From assembly GCA_051362555.1 (NCBI GenBank), contig CM120649.1, positions 8,742,001 to 8,806,000 of the forward strand: a stretch of 64,000 nucleotides of DNA. The letters run 5' to 3'. Both the position numbers and the translations under genes were made by a program. Origin of the DNA: Lingula anatina (taxonomy: Eukaryota; Animalia; Brachiopoda). The notes under the pieces were generated by a model that saw nothing but the letters and a program-made list of their open reading frames with translations, was not told where the DNA came from and searched no databases. This document shows positions 38,884 through 50,400 of this stretch, piece after piece (position 1 is the stretch's first letter; each line of letters starts with the position of its first letter).

Positions 38884-39597
38884 GGTTAGCCTTTTTTTAA
38901 CCACTAAACTTCCCATGTTTTGTCATTTTGATTTGGTCACGTATTTAATTATTTATTATTATTATTGTTAGTATTGTTATGCTAGAATTTAATTTGTTGA
39001 CTACAGCTCAGCATTCCGTATGAGTAACTGATACAGAATGTTGACAGAGTTAGGTGGACTGTTGTGTTGTGTTGATTGATAACTTCTTAAAATATTGAAA
39101 TGACACTCTTTGAACTGGGAGAGAAGAGGGATTGTAAAAATTCACCAGGTGTGATTAACAACAATTTCTAACATTTTTCAATCTGTAGTAGAATGCAGAC
39201 AAATGGAACAAAATATAAATAATGGTTGTTTGCAAATTTATTACTTATGACATACAATTGAAATATTTAGTATAAAAGTTTAAGAATCAATTTTTGTCCA
39301 GTGACAGAGTTTAAGATGTACATTATTACCACGTTTTTTTTTTGTTTTTTTTTGCTGTGTTGTCTGCCCTAGAATCATTATGCAAAAAGTTATAAATACA
39401 GTTTGATGACATTTGTAAAAATTGAGGGGACCAGGTAAAAAGTTAACAAAAAAAAAAAAAAAAAAAAAAGGATTTTGGTAGTGATCCATTTCTTAATATG
39501 TAGTTCATTTATAAAATAAATCTGTTTATCAGCTCATTTAGCAAAAAGGGACTTAGGGATTTTGTGTGTGTGAAACAGAGGAAGAAAAACAGAGCCA

Positions 39598-39624
39598 GGG
39601 AGAGAGAGAAAAAGAGAAAAACAG

Positions 39625-39673
<49 letters not shown>

Positions 39674-39750
39674 AACAGAGAGACTCAGAGAGAGACTCAG
39701 AGTGAAAGAGCAAAAGAGAAAGAGAGAGTGTGTGTGTGTGTGTGTGTTTG
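39598..39750. repeat. (AG)n/(TG)n microsatellite
   Basis: Direct observation. Confidence 0.95.
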
Positions 39751-40516
39751 TGAAACGAAACGATTTCATTTTACCCCCTAATTTGTATGGAAAAGACTGC
39801 TGGTACTCTTGGAATAATTGTTTTAGAAAGTGAAAAGGTTTGTGAATTTTGTCTTTAACGAAGTGTCATGAAACCTAGGAAATATTACTGATGTGAACAT
39901 TTCCCTTTTTTAAGAAGACCAAAATCAGCTGGGATTTTAAAATTGTTTTTATTAATTTGTTTTATACTTTTCAGTTAGAACTCATTTACCTCTAAGGATC
40001 CGAAGTAATTGGAATATTTCAAGCTGCCCAAATGTCTGAAGACATTAAGACCCGTTTTAAATAAAGCAAGACAACTACAGGCCATGCTTGCAGCTCCTTA
40101 TGAATACCACCATAATTACTGAAGACAGTGATTTCTTTTTGTATTTTTTAAGTATCATATATAAACTGACAATTGTTTCTCAGGAAAACTAGCCATGTCC
40201 AGACAAGGAAACATTTACTTGGTACTGCGCACCTTCTGTGACATTCCATTCCTTGATATAAGAATTTTGGATTAAGAAACTTGCATAATCAAAGAATTGG
40301 CATATCTATTTCATTTAAACGTGAAAATGCTGAAATGTAGAAGCAAAAATATAATATTCAGTAATTGAGCTGTTTTTGGGTAAGTACATATACCACTGTT
40401 CATGTATGTATCTATAGTTAAATGTTTTTTCATTGTAAAAAAAATAATATAAGAAATGTGATGAAACATTTTGAGATAATTTAGCTAACACTGGGATCAG
40501 GGAGTCAGAAATTTTG

Positions 40517-40645
40517 GTGCATTGTAATAAAGTAATTGATGTAGTACTCATTTATTGTGCATTGGAATAAAGTAATTGATGCAGTACTTTGTTTATTGCA
40601 TTGGAATAAAGTAATTGATGTAGTACTTTATTTATTGTGCATTAT
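40517..40645. repeat. ~40-bp tandem repeat x3
   Basis: TGCATTG(T/G)AATAAAGTAATTGATG.AGTACT repeated three times. Confidence 0.85.
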
Positions 40646-41111
40646 ACATTTTAATGCTAAATTAAACTTTTTAATTTAGAAAAGAAGGAAAAACAAAACT
40701 CATTTAATAACAGAAAATTAAATTTTTATTGTAAAACTAAGAGAATGATATATTGAAGTTTTTAAATTGACTGCCACAGAGGTAAAAATACTCTAGTAGT
40801 TCTGCACTGTCCTCCCTGAAAAATAAGAAGATAAAAACATTAAAATATAATTCAGGTAAAATTTATTAGTTATTAAAAGGCAGCAATCCAACAACCACCA
40901 GCTCTTGGCTGCTATTATATAATAACTGGCTTCAAATACAATTTTTACCAGTTGTTTGACATAGGTTGCCTCTTAAAAACCTCAACTTAGCTATGATGCC
41001 ATCCAAAGAAGGAAACAAAATAACTTTCATATGACAGTAAAATAAATTTGTTCTTTTGAAAATGGTGTCAAATTTTCCCAATTTCTGAATGTTTGAAGTG
41101 ATAATTTTTAT

Positions 41112-41143
<32 letters not shown>

Positions 41144-41146
41144 CAT

Positions 41147-43095
41147 TTATGTCCTTGACCTGCGCCTAAAGCAGGATGTAAAAAGATTAAATAATCTCCG
41201 CCACCGTGAAGGACGGCGATCTTTGGGTGCTGAAATATATGACAAAACATTGCTCCATAAAATGCTATAATATATTATAACCTTCAATATACAGTCTGTG
41301 CACCATCTTATTTCATAAATAAATCAACATTGAAACACATTTACCACTGTTAAGAATAATCAAATTTTGAATTTCAATTAATACTTGTCAAAAGTACAAA
41401 TACTGTTTGCACAACAAGGAGTGTGTGTGTGTGTGTGTGTGTGCATGCAAGTGCATACACAATCACATTTTAACACTGTAATAAGTAGATACCTATTATA
41501 TAGACCCTGCCGTCTTACCTCTCTCCTTCACGTCCTCTATCACAATTTTTGTGTCTTTGACATTAACTGAAGAAAAAAATGGAATACAAAATAATTCTGT
41601 CCATGAGCACAACAAGGATATCATACATAGACAAAGATACAATAATGACTAAGATCACCTAACAGTGAATTAACACAATGATTGTGTATGAGAGCCTGCT
41701 TCTGTGTGTGTGTGTGTGTGTAAACTTTTTGGGTGTGTTTAAATGGACCAAACTTTCTTACCTATTTTCTTGATATCCTCAGCAAGTGATACACTGTTTG
41801 CGACTTTAATGTCGGCTGAAGCAAAAAATATGGAATGGAAACCAAATGAAACAAAATCCATGTTCAAACAGAATTCGGGCACAAATACGGAATTACATTG
41901 GTGAAAACACATTCAAAGACATAATTCACTTAAAATAAATTTGGATCTTCTTAAGTATGCTAAAGACACGACTTTGGATAAGCAGCATGGTGTGCATGTA
42001 CTGTGTGAGAGTGCATGTTAGTGCGTGTGGACGCATGTGCATTACTGAGTTTCTGGTCTCACCTATCTCCTCAATACTTTTAACAACTGTTAAAACTGTT
42101 GCATATTTCTTGTCTTTGGTATCAACTGAAAGAACAGAAGCAAATTTAAAGGAGTGCAAATCATGTTCAATCTTTACACAGTAAAAGCATGGATTTTTCT
42201 GAAAATAAAGAGTGTGTGTGTGTGTGCAAGTGTGCACATGTGTACATTTCATATGTGTATTTAAATAATAAATATTTTACTGAGATTCCTGTCTTACCTG
42301 TCTCTTCAGTGTTAGGAGCCTTTACTCTGTTATCATACTTGGTATCAACTGAAACAGAATAATTAAAATGAAAGGGAATACAATTTATATTGAATCTAAG
42401 CTTAACACGTTACGTTACGGCAGTAGTAATGTAATAATACAGGTAAGTAAGAAACAAGAGGGGATGTGTTAGTCAGTTATATTTTTTTATTAATCTGATT
42501 GCATTCTGAAGTTTCCATGGAGTTTGTGCACATTAGCTAGGTAGACAAAATTGACCAAATTCATTGTGAATGGTCCCTGGTAATCAACAGCTTCAAGGGT
42601 CAAGACTTGCACCCTGAGAGTTAAGGTGTTTGTAGTAAAAAACAATGATACTTTTACTTCAAGATTCCTTGCAAATAGTGAGAATGAACAAACACACCAA
42701 GTAAATTGCTAAAATCAACTGAATTATTACCTGCAATTTGCTTATCACTGGTGTGGACTTCAGGTTCATATGTGTAGTTAGACTCTGGAAGAAGATGCAT
42801 ACATTTTTTGTTATTCACAAATTATGATATAGACATTGAGAATGAAATAGTCTAAATTTAATTTGATAGAATTAAAGGGCCATTTCTTTCCATATCTTAC
42901 ATTTTATAGAATAATAATGTTAATTCGCCTTTCTTTCCATTAGTTAGATTTAATAGAATTACAAGACCTTTTATTTCCATGTCCAGTTCTCCCCATGTAC
43001 AGGTCACTTCCATGCTGTCCTTGGTGGTCACCTGGAGGCACCTGTTCCTAAAGGGTTCAGGCTCCCATATCCAGCCAGACCCAGGGTGGTAAGGC

Positions 43096-43142
<47 letters not shown>

Positions 43143-44183
43143 ATTGAAGATAAGTAGATGTCTGAAATGAAAAAGAAAATTCAAATGAAAAGATGCATAT
43201 ATTTAAAATTTGACTAATCAAATGCATTGTAATCTACAAGAAATGAATGAAGCTAAAAAAAAAAAACACTTAAATTTGTTGAACTTAGATTTTATTTTTC
43301 AATAAAAAGGAAAATTATTTTCATCTCAGTTCATTTGTCATTACAAATAAATTAATATATTATACTTACGTTTTGCGGTCTAACAAACTTCCACTCTATA
43401 TTTGCAGCCTTGGGCAGAAGAACTTCCGCCCTTAGAACAGGGACACCCAACTCGGTGCACCTAGCAAGATTTACACCACGTTGGGTGTCCCATGTTCCAA
43501 GGGCAGTTTCTCTGCCCACTGCTTTGGCTTTTAAGATATTGTCCTTTAGGACTATTCGAACAGTGGCCATGGCTGTTCAAAATGAAACAGAAAATAGAAA
43601 GAAATCTTGTCAATATATCTTTTTGATGTTGTATTTGCAGACATTCAAATCACTCACTAAATATAAAAAAGGGATATATTGCATTCTTATTATGAATAAG
43701 TAAGTCAATTTCTTTTTCATTTATATAAGAACATTTAAAAAGTATGCAAGAGCAGTTTAGGACAATGTATTGATTTGGTAGAACATGTATTAGACTTGGT
43801 TCCCATACCTAGATCTATCTTATACAGGATCAATTCCATCTCCAAGAGGTTTCTCCCTAAATTGCAATCAACTTAAGCAGCTTAGATGTGTGTCAGAAGC
43901 TGCTAAGGGGATATTTATGATCATTTAGCACCTTCAGTAGGAGTGGCAGACATCTAAGACGCTTAAGATGAAAGCAATTTTGGGAGAAACCCCTTGGAGA
44001 TGGATCGGCCCTGTCAGATCGATCTAGGTATGGGAACTCAGTCCATGACTCATACAGTGTACAGCCTGATTATATATATGAATAACTTCTCATGCATGCA
44101 CGCACACATTCACACACACACACACACAACTTACGAGCACACTGCTCTTCTTTGTTATTTTCAATTTCCATATTAACTGACAT
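41147..44183 (-). CDS. CBM20 (glycogen/starch-binding) domain protein with micro-exon-encoded linker and basic amphipathic tail, ~243 aa
   Basis: Phase-compatible GT-AG exons 44135-44183, 43370-43572, 42968-43094, 42731-42784, 42298-42348, 42063-42125, 41762-41815, 41519-41566, 41147-41229. CBM20 motifs VG...LGTW, EWKFV, WIWE...NR, CTWG. Confidence 0.8.
42968..43094 (-). CDS. CBM20 exon, second part
   Basis: PYHPGSGWIWEPEPFRNRCLQVTTKDSMEVTCTWGELDMEIK. Confidence 0.8.
43097..43143. repeat. (AAAT)n microsatellite forming the acceptor tract
   Basis: Direct observation. Confidence 0.95.
43370..43572 (-). CDS. CBM20 exon, first part
   Basis: MATVRIVLKD..VGRETALGTWD..EWKFVRPQN|GTAAGT. Confidence 0.85.
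43793..44043. mobile_element. Fold-back MITE in intron
   Basis: GACTTGGTTCCCATACCTAGATCTATCT / AGATCGATCTAGGTATGGGAACTCAGTC plus inner inverted arms. Confidence 0.8.
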
Positions 44184-45639
44184 CTGCAATAAATAAATCA
44201 AATCATACTTTAACATGTTCCAATAACAGATTTCAGTTGCATCTTTCTTTTGTTGTAGTGATACACTCCATTATATTGGGATTATCAGGAAAAAATTGAC
44301 GTTGTGTAACAGGAAATTCTCCAAAATTTCATTTAGAATAAATTTATCATATAAAAAAACTTGGATACAAACTTTCATGGTCAATTTTGAACAAAAAATT
44401 AACTTACCAGCTACTGTGCAAAATTATATCTTTGCTTTGTTTACTAAAACAATAAACAGGAATAATTACTGTATAAAGAAATTTGATTGGACAGCTCCTG
44501 TATTGTTCCTTAACTTTAAACCAATAGGAATGGCGCTATTTTAACGGTCTCGACGTGACTCTCTCTGCTTTACAAATCACACTATATCACACACAACTAG
44601 AGCCTGGTTATCCTGTGTAAGAACTTAGATGCTTATGCCCCCATCCTTGCACGTTTTTTTTAGAAAGCAGGCGATTAACCTCTGACTGATATCGGTTGGG
44701 GTCTATGGTGTAAACCACAAGTCTCACCTCTTGCACAGCGCCATCTATACTCAATGTTAACATGGCGTCAGCGAAAGGTGATGATGAAAAACCGAAAATT
44801 TCATCCAACTTTCTGTACACTGGGTGTCATCTTCAGTCGGGGCTTTCCTAAATGGTAATTCTGCCATGATTGCTAAACGTCATCAGGATAAAACATTTGA
44901 AATGAAGGATACGTATGTGATATCAAGGAGTTATAACTCCTTGGTGATATCGACTGTGTCAGTTGTTCACTGTTCACATCACGATGCAATGTGCTTGTCA
45001 CAATGTGACGATAGCATGATATATAGACTTGGCTGCAGATAATAAGTGCTTTTGGAAAACAGACGAGATTGAATGCCGTCATCCACTTTAACTTTTTCAT
45101 CTGTAATGATGCAACATTTTGCGATGGCAGATGAGATGATTATAAATCAGAACACAACTGACGTTGTGTCTTCTTTTATAAATACAATTTCCTATTGTTC
45201 TTCTTGAGTCATCTGAAGAGTTCCAACGCAAAATGATCGCCGACGGGGTTCCTGTAAATACCCGGAACATAATCATCAACGACCTATATGCTCTTTTGAG
45301 CTCCCAGACTGAAGACAGCTATTCTATCATACTACAATGTTGCGAACAAAAATGGCCCCCAGTATTATGAAATATTTTGTCGATGATATTGGAATAAGAA
45401 TAAGAACCAATCAGTAAGAAGAGTTTAAGTGGCTGCTTCGTGACATACAAGGGTGGAAAGAAGCCCCCACCGATTGTGCGGAACAGAACACTCCACTCGG
45501 GACACGGAATACTCTGACAGCAGCTATGGAAGGGAACAAACAGACAACGGCCACGGAATGGAACACTTTACTCACTTTAATCGATGGGACATCAGGGACA
45601 TCAGCTGCAGCGGAGAAGTGTCAATCCCGGCTGATAGGA

Positions 45640-46345
45640 ATATTATTAATGAAAATTTGAACATCAGAGACCGCGATATAATCACTGACCCATGTGGTTG
45701 GCTGAATGGAACGATAATCGATGCTTGTCATGATATAACATTAAGCACCAATTCCCTCTTCCAGAAGGACTCTAGTCATGTTCATTGGCAGTACAGTTAG
45801 ATTTCAAGTGTCACAAAAATAGATTTATCCAAATAATAAACCGAACACCAGACCGCGGAACACATTGGCTCACAGTTTCAAACATAGGGGTGTGTCCCAT
45901 ATACGCTGAATATATGCGATTCTTCTTTCAGTGACATTCCAACCATGGAACAAATGTGCATTGCAACATTGATAGCACCATGGCATCGTCAAGAACTCTA
46001 CAAATTAACATATTGCAGTAACCCAACAAAATAACAACTAGTAAACTACAATTGCGGTTTGTACGTCATAGCGAATAATGTTACATTGGTGAACGGCAAA
46101 GATCCAACAACCATGAAGTATGACCACAAAAAACTTAGTTCACATTTATTTATTTTTTTTTTTTTGTTAAAAAAGACGTCATCTATTGCTTTTTCCTATT
46201 ACAAGCAGGCATAAAATTAAAAATCTTGTGAAAAAAACTCAGTCGTAGTCAATTTCTACTGTGAATGCCAGCTGCCAGATACACACACCCTGTATGTCAT
46301 TTATGACGGTTGCAATAAAGAATATCATCCTCTATGTAAAGGCGC
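45640..46345 (+). pseudogene. Decayed Ulp1/C48 SUMO-protease-like + PHD finger transposon gene
   Basis: Frameshifted pieces GWLNGTIIDAC, FIQIINR..THWLTVSNIG, ICDS, NCGLYVIAN..LVNGKDP..YD..KL.SHL, YCECQLPD..DGCNKEYHPLC. Confidence 0.7.
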
Positions 46346-46849
46346 AACAGACACCGCCTTAAAACAAGATGACATGTATTGTACAAAGTGCACAAAAAGC
46401 AGACAACAATAATAATAGTAATAACTCAATATATTTATATTTGTCTTGTTTTTCTTTTAGCATCACATAAATAATATTCCCTTGTTCCACAAAGTATTTG
46501 ATACACGTTCCACTTTTTACTGTATTCCGCATTTGAGTCTGTTCTGTTGTTCTGGTTTTCTGTCTTTTAGTTTCTGCCATCACTAACATGTATTAGCACT
46601 ACCATCCCGAGTTTCAGTGACGACAGGAAATCACCAGTCTTCTGTATTACCAGCACTAGTATAGTAGTGTATGCCTCGGCTGTAACCAACAACAACACTT
46701 TATTTTGTAAGATAATTTTTTTTACACATTCATTCACATTTTTTTTGTTGTTGTTGAACGAAAGTAATAAATTGTCAATACTCTCAGACTCTGGAACTTT
46801 TTGTGGAAAATTCCTGACCACTGAGTTTTTTATCTCTTCCAGTCCATCA

Positions 46850-47293
46850 TCTGACTTTAGTCTACTACACTGTACTAAGAGACAGGACTGTACTGCCACA
46901 ATGTAATACAATGACTCCAGACTACACTGTACTAGGAGACACAGGACTATACTGACACAATGGAACACAATGACTCCAGACTACTACACTGTACTAGGAG
47001 ACACAGAACTATACTGCCACAATGGAACACAATGACTCCAGACTACTACACTGTACTAAGAGACACAGGACTTTACTGCCACAATGGAACACAATGACTC
47101 ATGACTACTACACTGTACTAGGAGACACAGGACTTTACTGCCAAAATGGAACACAATGACTCCAGACTACTACACTGTACTAGGAGGCACAGGACTATAC
47201 TGCCACAATGGAATACAATGACTCCAGACTACTACACTGTACTAGGAAGCACAGGACTATACTGCCACAATGGAACACATTATTGACTCCAGA
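46850..47293. repeat. 61-bp minisatellite, ~7 copies
   Basis: GACTCCAGACTACTACACTGTACTAGGAGACACAGGACTATACTGCCACAATGGAACACAAT repeated. Confidence 0.95.
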
Positions 47294-47419
47294 TTAATTT
47301 TCAAAATGGTCAAGTAACAACATAATATTCATTTATTAAATGCTCTTCCGTAGATCACATTGTATTGTGGATCTTTTAATATTTCAGTGAAATTTTGAAT
47401 CAGTAGTGCTGTAGTGTAA

Positions 47420-50400
47420 AGCTTAATTTGTACACATTTCTGAAGCATTAGACCAGATTTGACAAAATTATTAATGTATAACTATTTTAAGTCATGCAAT
47501 TTGCCAGTCTTTTCAATGTAATTTTCAATTTTCTCAGTTATATTGTTCTTTTTAAGAGTAGCCTTACCATGAAAAAGGAGGCAGTGAAAGACAGCAGCAA
47601 GAGCAGCACTATGTCTAATCCATGTGTACAATACATGACAAGTGGCAAGATTTAGGACATGTCAAATATTGTGCTAACAACAACCCATTCCAGAAACCCA
47701 TTGTGAGGAGTAATCTGCATCTGACATTGATAGTAAGGAGGAGTCTTGTATGGGTATATATTGTTTTCCAGATGACAGCTATAGGTAACTTGCAACCTGC
47801 TACACAAACAAACTCAAATCATCACATTTGCTGTTTTCTTTGATAGTAAATAATACATTGTAATATTGCAATATTTGTTTTGGTCAATTCTCACACTTCT
47901 GATAATCAATTTCCAATAAACTTGGCACTTAAAAAATCACAGTCAACTGATTAGCTAATCACAGATTTTTATTGTTGTTAAGCATCATTTGTGCAAATTT
48001 CAGAAGTATTTGACAAGATTTGACAAAATTATTAACGTTTAACTATTTTGAGCCAGGGAATTTGCAATGGTAGTTTTCCGTTTTTCGAAATATATTGCCC
48101 CAAAGAACAATTTTCATTTGACACTAACAACTGATCAGCTTATCACAGACTTTTATTGTTGTTAAGCATCATTTGTACAGATTGTAGAAACATTGAATGA
48201 GATTTGACAAAATTATTTATGTTTAACTATTTTAAGTCATGAAATTTGCCAACTTATTTTCAGTGTAATTTTGAGTTTTCTCTTATATATTGTCCAAAGA
48301 AAATACTTTTCGTTAGACACAGTCAACTGATCAGCTTATCACAGATTTTTATTGTTGTTAAGCATCATTGGTGCAAATTTCAGAAGTATTTGACAAGATT
48401 TGACAAAATTATTAACGTTTAACTATTTTGAGCCATAGAATTTGCAAGTGTTTTATGGTAGTTTTCCATTTTTCGAAATATATTGCCCCAAAGAACAATT
48501 TTCATTTGACACTAACAACTGATCAGCTTATCACAGACTTTTATTGTTGTTAAGCATCATTTGTACAGATTGTAGAAACATTGAATGACATTTGACAAAA
48601 TTATTAACGTTTAACTATTTTAAGTCATGGAATTTGCCAACTTATTTTCAGTGTAATTTTTAGTTTTCTCTAAAATATTGTCCAAAGAAAATACTTTTCA
48701 TTAGACACAGTCAACTGATTAGCTTATCACAGATTTTTATTGTTATTAAGCATCATTTGTGCAAATTTCAGAAACATTGGACAAGACTTGTCAAAATTAT
48801 TAACATTTAACTATTTTAAGTCATGGAATTTTCCAGTTTTTATTTCAGTGTAATTTTCAGTTTTCTGATGTTTATTGTTCTTTCTTTCCAGAGTACCCTT
48901 ACCATAAAAAAGCAGGCAGTGAAAGACAGCATCAAGAGAAGAACTATGTCTTATCCATGTGTACAATACATGGCATGTGGCAAGATTTAGGACATTGTCA
49001 AATATTGTGCTAACAACAACCCATTCCAGAAACCCATTGTAAGGAGTAATCTGCATCTGACATTGATGGTAAGGAGGAGTCTTGTATGAGAATATGTTGT
49101 TTTCCAGATGACAGCTATAGGTAACTTGCAACCTCCTACACAAACAAACTCAAATCATAACATTTGCTGTTTTCTTTGATAGTAAATAATACATTGCAAT
49201 GTTGAAATATTTTTTTTGAATAATTCTCACTCTACTGATTATCAATATCCAATAAACAGAGCACTTAAAAAAAAACACTGACAACTGATCAGTTTATCAC
49301 AGATTTTATTGTTGCCAAGCATCTTTTGATCAGATTATCACAAATTTTTATTGATATTAAGCATCATTTGTTAAAATATCCAAAATATTGGACAAGATTT
49401 GACAAAATTATTAACATTTAACTATTTTAAGGCATGAAATTTGCCAACTTATTTTCAGTGTAATATTGAGTTTTCTCTAATATGTCGTCCATAGAAAATA
49501 CTTTTCGTTAGACACACAGTCAACTGATCAGATTTTCACAGATTTTTATTTGTTAAAATATCAGAAATATTGGACAAGATTTGACAAAATTATTAACATT
49601 TAACTATTTTGAGTAATAGGGTTTGCAAGTGTTTTCAGTTTAATTTTCATTTTTCTCAAATTTATAGTCCACTGAAAATACTTTTCGTTAGACACACAGT
49701 CAACTGATCAGATTATCACAAATTTTTATTGATGTTAAGCATCATTTGTTAAAATATCAGAAGTATTGGACAAGATTTTACAAAATTATTAACATTTAAC
49801 TATTTTAAGTCATGGGGTTTGCCAGTTTTTTCAGTGTAATTTTCAGTTTTCTGAAGTTTATTATTCTTTCTTTCCAGAGTACCCTTACCATAAAAAAGCA
49901 GGCAGTGAAAGACAGCAGCAAGAGAAGAACTATGTCTTATCCATGTGTACAATACATGGCATGTGGCAAGATTTAGGACATTGTCAAATATTGTGCTAAC
50001 AACAACCCATTCCAGAAACCCATTGTAAGGAGTAATCTGCATCTGACATTAAAGATAAGGAGTCTTGTATGGGTATATATTGTTTTCCAGATGACAGTTA
50101 CAGGTAATTTGCAACCTCCTACACAAACAAACTCAAATCATCACATTTGCTTTTTTCTTTGATAGTAAATAATACATTGCAATATTCCAATATTTGATTT
50201 GGTCAATTCTCACACTTCTGATTATCAATTTCCAATAAACTTGGCACTTAAAATAACACAGTCAAATGATAAGCTTATCACAGATTTTTATTGTTGTTAA
50301 GCATCATTTGTACAGATTTTAGAAACATTGAATGAGATTTGACAAAATTATTTATGTTTAACTATTTTAAGTCATGAAATTTGTCAACTTATTTTCAGTG

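Noticed and set aside
39509-39833. RE/SL-rich ORFs
   Set aside because: Translations of the (AG)n microsatellite.
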